Positions 58,205 through 64,000 of a stretch of DNA of 64,000 nucleotides are shown here, piece after piece. The stretch's first letter is position 1. Each line of letters opens with the position of its first letter. A program made the translations under genes and the position numbers. A model generated the notes under the pieces. That model made no database searches. It was given only the letters and a program-made list of their open reading frames with translations, and had not been told where the DNA came from. Origin of the DNA: an uncultured Bacilli bacterium (GTDB lineage: Bacteria > Bacillota_I > Bacilli_A > RF39 > UBA660); NCBI GenBank assembly GCA_947588765.1, contig CANPZG010000003.1:2032-66031 (forward strand), written 5' to 3'.

Positions 58205-59167
58205 ATGAAGAAAAAATTAAAGTTAAAAAGTTCCGTTTATTACGTTTTAATTATTTTTATTGTCGGTATATTCCTAGCCTACTTTGGCATAAATAAATAT
58301 AATGAATACAAATACCATCAAACTAATGAATATAAACTTACAACTATTGGTTATACCCTAGAAGATGCGAAAAAAATTATTTCCAATCTAAGTGATGATG
58401 ATGTAGGTTATATCTTAACCATTAATAAAGATGACAGAATATTACAACTTTTAGACCAAAAATATTTCATTAAGAAAAACTTTAGAGATTATTATGATTA
58501 TGTTTTAGCTAATAAAAAGATGGAAATAAGCGAAGTTATTCCCATTATCAATTGTAAAGTTAATAATGAATACTATTCCTTAGATTTAGAAACCGATATG
58601 AGTAAAGAAGATCAAATTATAGTTAATAAATATTATCATATGAGTAGTGATTACTCTCCTACTGATTTAGTTAAAGTATCAATGGATTATTCTTGGGGTG
58701 ATTATGGTAGTGTTGTAGTTCGTCAAGTAGTTATGGATAACTTCCTAAATATGTGGCAAGCAGCGAATAATGATGGTATTTATTTAATGATTAGTTCAGC
58801 TTATAGATCATACCAAGAACAAGAAATAGTTTATAATAATTATAAAGATAGTTATGGTGAAGATTACGCTAATAGCATTGCCGCGAAACCAGGATTTTCC
58901 GAACATCAAACGGGACTAGCTATTGATATATTCTCCAAAACAAATTCTAATCGAAAAACTTTTGAAGACAGTGAAGCTGCTAAATGGTTATTTGATAATG
59001 CTTATCGTTTTGGTTTTATTCTTAGATACCCAAAAGATAAAGTTAAATATACTGGTTATGCCTATGAATCATGGCATTACCGTTATGTCGGTAAAGAAAT
59101 AGCTGAATACATTCACAATAATGACATTACTTATGAAGAATATTATGCTTACTTTTTAGATAACTAA
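58205..59167 (+). CDS. membrane-anchored D-alanyl-D-alanine carboxypeptidase (VanY/M15B family)
   Basis: N-terminal TM helix plus the motifs SAYRSY..Q, SEHQTGLAIDI and ESWHYRYVG. Confidence 0.85.
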   Translation: MKKKLKLKSSVYYVLIIFIVGIFLAYFGINKYNEYKYHQTNEYKLTTIGYTLEDAKKIISNLSDDDVGYILTINKDDRILQLLDQKYFIKKNFRDYYDYVLANKKMEISEVIPIINCKVNNEYYSLDLETDMSKEDQIIVNKYYHMSSDYSPTDLVKVSMDYSWGDYGSVVVRQVVMDNFLNMWQAANNDGIYLMISSAYRSYQEQEIVYNNYKDSYGEDYANSIAAKPGFSEHQTGLAIDIFSKTNSNRKTFEDSEAAKWLFDNAYRFGFILRYPKDKVKYTGYAYESWHYRYVGKEIAEYIHNNDITYEEYYAYFLDN

Positions 59168-59170
59168 AGA

Positions 59171-59207
59171 AAATAAAGTTTATCAAATTCGATAAACTTT
59201 ATTTTTT
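59171..59207. terminator. bidirectional terminator between convergent genes
   Basis: A perfect 14-bp stem, AAATAAAGTTTATC pairing with GATAAACTTTATTT, with a 6-nt loop. Confidence 0.75.
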
Positions 59208-61135
59208 ATATTTATTTTAATAACAATTAAACCTAAGAATAAGATAATCATTATTAACCAAGGAACAAATGAACCTGATTCAGGATTTTCAATACCATCA
59301 TCAACTAAATTAACTTTTTTTGTACTACTTGTTTTATTGGTAGTCTTCTTACTTGGCGTAACTACTGGGGTACTTTCATTCTTTTTATTTTCTTCAATTA
59401 CGGCTTGAGCATAAGTTTTATTCATCATAATTGCCGGTCTTAATATCATGTAATTATCTCCAATAATGTTTCTAAGAAAAGTTACAGCATTATTTCCAGA
59501 TAGTTTTTCCACTGTTCCATAATGTTTTCTACCTAATTCTTTATTACCCAAATATATATACGCTTTAGTTTCTTTATCTTTATATAAAACTATATCCCCT
59601 ACTTGTAAATCATTTACTTTTATTTCTCGAGCGCGATTATTATCATCTGTACTATAATAATCCCAAGCTAAAGTAGCATTAATTAATTTTTCTTCTAAAG
59701 TATTTAAACCACTAGTGTTATTATAATTATATGGAGTTACCCTTAAACCATAATAATTTAATAAAGTAATATTTTTAATATTTTGATTATCTATTGAAGC
59801 CATACATACACTATCATTAGCACAATGAGATACTCCTAAAATTGAAGTTAAATCAATATTATTTAAATATGATAAATCATAGCCAAATGCTTCATTATAT
59901 ATTTTACTAATTAATTCCGTATCAGATATATTATCATTAGTATTTTGATATATTTCTTTTATTTTAGCCACATTTTCTTTATTTAAAGCATTTAATAATA
60001 CATGTTTTATGGTTGCTGTAGCAATATCATTAACATATCCTTTCGAATATATTGTTTTACCTAATAAAGTATCATCATCAGGGATTGTAACAGAATACAT
60101 TATGGAATAACTACTCTTAGCATTTAAATTAGTTATATACCAACTTATTTTATTACCCTCTACTTTACCACTATTCGTATATTTAAAATTAACTAAAGAA
60201 TCTTTTTCTTCTGTAATAGTAATATTTCCATAATTAGTATTACTATTATTTTTAATAACTATCCTATATACTATACTACTACCGGGAACTGCAGAATCCA
60301 AACCAACACTAGCATTAGTATCAGTTATTTCAGCAGTTTTGGTTATACTAATACCCGGATACTTTATTCTTGCTATTGCTGTTTTAGTTAGATCATAACT
60401 TTTTTCTTCCATATTTTCATTTAAATAAGTACTACCATTAGTAATAAATCTTATGACACTAACTTGTAAAACACTATTACTACTTGTATTTTTATATCCA
60501 ATAGTTGTTTTTAAACGACTATTTAAAGAACTAATACTTATACTAGAGGATTCAACTTTATCAACATGATTACTAGCATCATAAAATCCTCCTCCTTTAG
60601 TATATCCTGATTCAATTATTCTAATATTATTTTTATCTTCAGCATTAATCATCATCACATGACCAGTACCATCATACCGGCGAAAAACTAATAAATCTCC
60701 AGTTTCCCAAGTAAAAGATTGATTATTATTAAACCAATTATTTAATTCTGCAATAATATTATCATTTTGCCAATTACCATTGCTATATGGAGCTTTCATA
60801 TTAAATAAAATTTTACTATTATCACTTATCTTATTAGCATATTGAGCAAGTTCATAAGAACCACTTGGTATTTCAATACCTAAAGCTTGTTTATAAACTT
60901 GATAAAGGAATATCCCACAATCAGTATATATGGTATGATTACTACTAGCATCTTCTGGTGTAGATGTCGCATCTTTCCTATAACTATCATATTGAACATA
61001 AGCATCTTTATAATAAAAAGCTTCAGCAGTTTCTAATAAAGCTTGCCTTTGTTCTTCAATTGTTGATGCTAAAACCACACTTGGTAAAAACAGAATATTC
61101 AAAAAAAGTAATATTTTCCATCCTTTTTTTAGCAT
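59183..61135 (-). CDS. surface protein with an NlpC/P60-like Cys-His region, a DUF11/CARDB-like repeat and a C-terminal sorting-signal-like tail
   Basis: Signal peptide, then TDCGIFLY...GDLLVF..YDGTGHVMMI and PGSSIVYRIVIKNNS. The C-terminus is NPESG plus a hydrophobic helix plus KINIKNKVYRI. Confidence 0.75.
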   Translation of the reverse strand: MLKKGWKILLFLNILFLPSVVLASTIEEQRQALLETAEAFYYKDAYVQYDSYRKDATSTPEDASSNHTIYTDCGIFLYQVYKQALGIEIPSGSYELAQYANKISDNSKILFNMKAPYSNGNWQNDNIIAELNNWFNNNQSFTWETGDLLVFRRYDGTGHVMMINAEDKNNIRIIESGYTKGGGFYDASNHVDKVESSSISISSLNSRLKTTIGYKNTSSNSVLQVSVIRFITNGSTYLNENMEEKSYDLTKTAIARIKYPGISITKTAEITDTNASVGLDSAVPGSSIVYRIVIKNNSNTNYGNITITEEKDSLVNFKYTNSGKVEGNKISWYITNLNAKSSYSIMYSVTIPDDDTLLGKTIYSKGYVNDIATATIKHVLLNALNKENVAKIKEIYQNTNDNISDTELISKIYNEAFGYDLSYLNNIDLTSILGVSHCANDSVCMASIDNQNIKNITLLNYYGLRVTPYNYNNTSGLNTLEEKLINATLAWDYYSTDDNNRAREIKVNDLQVGDIVLYKDKETKAYIYLGNKELGRKHYGTVEKLSGNNAVTFLRNIIGDNYMILRPAIMMNKTYAQAVIEENKKNESTPVVTPSKKTTNKTSSTKKVNLVDDGIENPESGSFVPWLIMIILFLGLIVIKINIKNKVYRI

Positions 61136-61254
61136 AGTCTATCCCTTTCCTACTTTACACTTTTATTATACCATGCTCTAAAATAATGTAAAATATTTTA
61201 CTTTTTATTTCTATCGTTAATTTACATAATTTATGTCAATATAAAAGACAAGTT

Positions 61255-62190
61255 TTAATCTAAAGCTTGTCTTTTAATTAACTTAGCGTGTAAAACAGCC
61301 TTGTCAGTTGCATTGTAACATGTTGACAATGTTAGAATCTTATCTTCCGGTGTAACTTCAACATTAAAATTATAAACACTACGAGAAAGAATCGTATCTA
61401 TAAACTTTTGAAAAGATTCATCAGTTCCAAAATTAGTCGTTATGTAATATGTTTCAGTTGGTATTTTATATACAGATATTACTTGGAATAAATAACTATT
61501 ATGAGGAGTTGCTAAATTAACAATATAATTATCAGTATCTTTATACCAATTATTTTCAAAGATATTCTTTAATGATCCAAACATTGTTTTATTTACTCGA
61601 CCATGGGCATATATAACTGAATTATCTTTTAAATTATCTAATTGATTACGAAAATCGGAAAATACCCAACCAGCTTGATTATTACTTTTATCAAAAGAAT
61701 GAGATAAGTAATAATCATTATTATCTGTTTGCACAACTGGATAATTTATATTAGTACCATTTACTTTTAGAAAAGCTACGGTATCACTATTTTTTTTCAA
61801 TAGTTCGGTAAAATCAACATTTATTAATGGTAATTTAATATATTTCCAATAGTCACTTTCATAATTACCATTATTTTGAGGTGGATTAATTATTTCTTCT
61901 TTTTCTTCATCTTCTGGTAATTCTTCAACTGTAGCCATTTCTTCAATTTCTTTTATTTGTTCATCAGTATGTTTATTATCCATTGACCACATATAAAACT
62001 CTATACCTGAAGCAATAAGACAACCCACACAAATTAAAAATAATACTAGCCATACCCATCTTCTTAATCTAAGTTTCTTTTTCTTAGGTTTCTTTTCTTC
62101 TTCAACAGGTTTTACTTCTTTTTCTTCTACTACTATTTTCTTAGTTGTAGTAGTAGTTTTTTTCTTATTTGAATTTTTTTTCGTACCCAT
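61255..62190 (-). CDS. srtB: class B sortase
   Basis: N-terminal TM helix, NDYYLSHSFD....AGWVFSDFRN, the H in IYAHGR, and TLSTCY. Confidence 0.8.
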   Translation of the reverse strand: MGTKKNSNKKKTTTTTKKIVVEEKEVKPVEEEKKPKKKKLRLRRWVWLVLFLICVGCLIASGIEFYMWSMDNKHTDEQIKEIEEMATVEELPEDEEKEEIINPPQNNGNYESDYWKYIKLPLINVDFTELLKKNSDTVAFLKVNGTNINYPVVQTDNNDYYLSHSFDKSNNQAGWVFSDFRNQLDNLKDNSVIYAHGRVNKTMFGSLKNIFENNWYKDTDNYIVNLATPHNSYLFQVISVYKIPTETYYITTNFGTDESFQKFIDTILSRSVYNFNVEVTPEDKILTLSTCYNATDKAVLHAKLIKRQALD

Positions 62191-62251
62191 AATTTCACCT
62201 TTTTCAACATTATTTTAACTCATAATACATATTAATACAAGTATTTTTATA

Positions 62252-62284
62252 TTATAAAAACGAGGTAATTTTTTTACCTCGTTT
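62252..62284 (-). terminator. intrinsic terminator of the large surface protein gene
   Basis: An 11-bp stem, AAACGAGGTAA pairing with TTACCTCGTTT, is followed by a U-run on the minus strand. Confidence 0.75.
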
Positions 62285-62312
62285 AAGAATTTTGGAATAT
62301 TTATTCAATTAA

Positions 62313-64000
62313 TTATTTTCTAATGAATTTTTTAATTGAATATCCAGCTGTACCTAGGCTTGATATTGCAAGGGTTACGATACTTACAATACTATCTAAT
62401 GTTCCTGAATTTTCATCAATAATTTCATCTGTTTTATTATCTGTTGTATTTTGATTTTCATTAGTTGATCCAGTATTATTATTGTTTTCATCACCTTTTC
62501 CTGATTCAGTTTCTTGTCCACCTGCTTCAGGATTATTTTCAGGAGTTTTTTCAGGAGTTTTTTCAGTATATTCTACTGAAACTTTTACATCTGCTGCAGG
62601 CATTGAAAATGAATATGTTCCATCTTCATTTTTAGTTACTGCTAACTCTATTGTATTACCTTCAGCATCTTCATAGCTAACTACTAATTTGCTTTCATAT
62701 CCAGTTTTAGGATTAACAGTAACTTGAACTATTTCACCTAATGTAGCTTCTTCTTTATCTACTGTTACATTTTCTGGATCTTCAACTGTTACCTTATAGC
62801 TTTCGGCTACAACTTCAGCAGTTTTTGCTATTGAAACTTCAATTTTAATATTAGCTGCAGGCATTGTCATTTCATCAGTTGCAAATGTTCTTCTAAGTAA
62901 AGACGTAGTAGCAATTTTAGCATAACTTACAGCATAGTTATCTTCATAATCTACATCATCTAATGTATAACTTACTTTATAAGTTATTGTATAACCTGCT
63001 AATTTAGAAGCAGCAGGTAATTCAGAGAATACTAATTCACTTAATTTATAAGTTTCACCAGCAACTAAAGTAAGATCAGTTTCTGTATTAAATACAAAGC
63101 CATTAATTACAGAAGAGCCTAAACCATCAAATGCCTTTAAATCAGGCACTATTGTAACTTCATGTAAAGCTTCAGCTTTTTCACCAATATATACATTTCC
63201 TTTAGTATCAGTTCCGGCTTTTGCTGGATCGTAAAATCCTTTATCCATAGTTACATTTTGATTTTTTCTAGTTGTAGTAAATACTCCACCTTTAATGAAA
63301 TCAGTTTTAGTTTTATCTCCTGCTGAGCCCATTTTAAGTGCTATAACATCGGCATTGTCAGCAATAAAATTACCATCAATGATTTCAATTTTAGTTAATG
63401 CGTCATTAGCTTCAGCTCGCGTATATTTATATACTGCAAAACCACTCTTAGATTCAAATGTACCATTGTTAATAGTTAATGACACATTTCCAGCATAGCC
63501 ATTATTAGATGTAATACTTACTGCTGAACCAGTAAGTTCAGGTGCACTAGGTTCTGGATCTGGACTCCAATTATATCCTCCATTAGCATGAAAATATCCA
63601 CCATTTATTACGAAAGTACCAGATTTAATTGATAATGCATCTAGACCAGTAAATGAACCACCATCTATAGTCCAATTAGCTTCTCCAGCAGCATAAATGG
63701 CAGGGCCAAGTGTTGATTCAAATATGGCGTTTTCGCCATTAATCTTAATATTAGCTTCTGATTTTTGAACTTTACCAAGTACACCATTTGTTGAAATAGC
63801 TGATTCTTTTGAAATGATAGTTCCTTCAAGAGTTGCATCAACATATGCTATAGTATTATCTACAGCAGGTGCAGAAATAGCAAAACCAGTATTATAACCT
63901 GTTATTTTTGAATTTTCGGTTAATTTAACAACTGTAGGATGTTCTGAATCAGTACCATAAACAGTAACTGTAGCAGCATTTTCGTTACCCTTTTTAGTTT
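62313..64000 (-). CDS. large surface protein (N-terminus beyond the right edge) with a C-terminal sorting-signal-like tail
   Basis: The frame stays open upstream of the track's GTG start at 63485, at least to about 63605 where I translated it (..NGGYFHANGGYNWSPDPEPSAPELTGSAVSITSNNGYAGN-VSLTINNG..). It probably continues to the window edge. The protein contains beta-rich repeats and a Pro/Glu/Asn/Thr linker, and ends in NSGTL plus a hydrophobic helix plus KKFIRK. Confidence 0.75.
   Translation of the reverse strand, partial: TKKGNENAATVTVYGTDSEHPTVVKLTENSKITGYNTGFAISAPAVDNTIAYVDATLEGTIISKESAISTNGVLGKVQKSEANIKINGENAIFESTLGPAIYAAGEANWTIDGGSFTGLDALSIKSGTFVINGGYFHANGGYNWSPDPEPSAPELTGSAVSITSNNGYAGNVSLTINNGTFESKSGFAVYKYTRAEANDALTKIEIIDGNFIADNADVIALKMGSAGDKTKTDFIKGGVFTTTRKNQNVTMDKGFYDPAKAGTDTKGNVYIGEKAEALHEVTIVPDLKAFDGLGSSVINGFVFNTETDLTLVAGETYKLSELVFSELPAASKLAGYTITYKVSYTLDDVDYEDNYAVSYAKIATTSLLRRTFATDEMTMPAANIKIEVSIAKTAEVVAESYKVTVEDPENVTVDKEEATLGEIVQVTVNPKTGYESKLVVSYEDAEGNTIELAVTKNEDGTYSFSMPAADVKVSVEYTEKTPEKTPENNPEAGGQETESGKGDENNNNTGSTNENQNTTDNKTDEIIDENSGTLDSIVSIVTLAISSLGTAGYSIKKFIRK

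Noticed and set aside
62313-63485. The track's GTG start at 63485 for the surface protein
   Set aside because: The same frame remains open upstream, at least to about 63605 as translated. That upstream part shows protein-like repeats and no SD, so the gene probably continues towards and beyond position 64000.
1-64000. Alternative genetic code (TGA as Trp, as in Mycoplasma-like organisms)
   Set aside because: Long uninterrupted ORFs for conserved proteins (PolC, DnaE, Lon, PPDK) are obtained with the standard code, and their Trp residues come from the standard-code (TGG) translation in the track. Cell-wall genes (murF, mreCD, sortase, VanY) are also present.

Overview
Very AT-rich chromosomal segment of a low-GC Gram-positive bacterium (Bacillota-like: PolC plus DnaE, sortase, ComEA/ComEC, Prp-processed L27). 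The standard genetic code fits. All but three of the protein genes called lie on the minus strand. No tRNA, rRNA, CRISPR array, transposase or integrase was seen. The backbone is housekeeping: murF, lon, tig, holA, comEA/EC, ppdK, ruvA, obg, rplU-prp-rpmA, mreCD, recD2, mtaB, rpmF, mutL, yqeH, yqeG, polC, dnaE. It keeps several Bacillus subtilis neighbourhoods (comE-holA; mreCD-spoIVFA/B-like-rplU-prp-rpmA-obg; yqeG-yqeH), and these are interrupted by lineage-specific insertions. The most interesting signal is three small cassettes with one shared design on the minus strand: near-consensus sigma-A promoter, then 2-3 contiguous direct repeats of 35-49 nt, then an intrinsic terminator. The cassette at 18.7 kb precedes a ToxN/AbiQ-like ORF, so it looks like a type III (CptIN/ToxIN-like) toxin-antitoxin or abortive-infection module. 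The cassettes at 29.3 kb and 34.3 kb have no recognisable toxin and may be orphan or novel repeat-RNA systems. Other candidates are a type I toxin-like 22-aa hydrophobic peptide locus downstream of murF, an operon of two D1-only Clp-like AAA+ proteins with a membrane protein, and a (TA)8 tract forming a promoter spacer in front of a glycine-rich secreted protein gene. There is also a dispersed family of three signal-anchored proteins, several tandem paralog pairs of unknown function, and a class B sortase flanked by surface proteins with non-LPXTG sorting signals. All functional calls come from motif recognition by eye and from synteny. No database search was possible.
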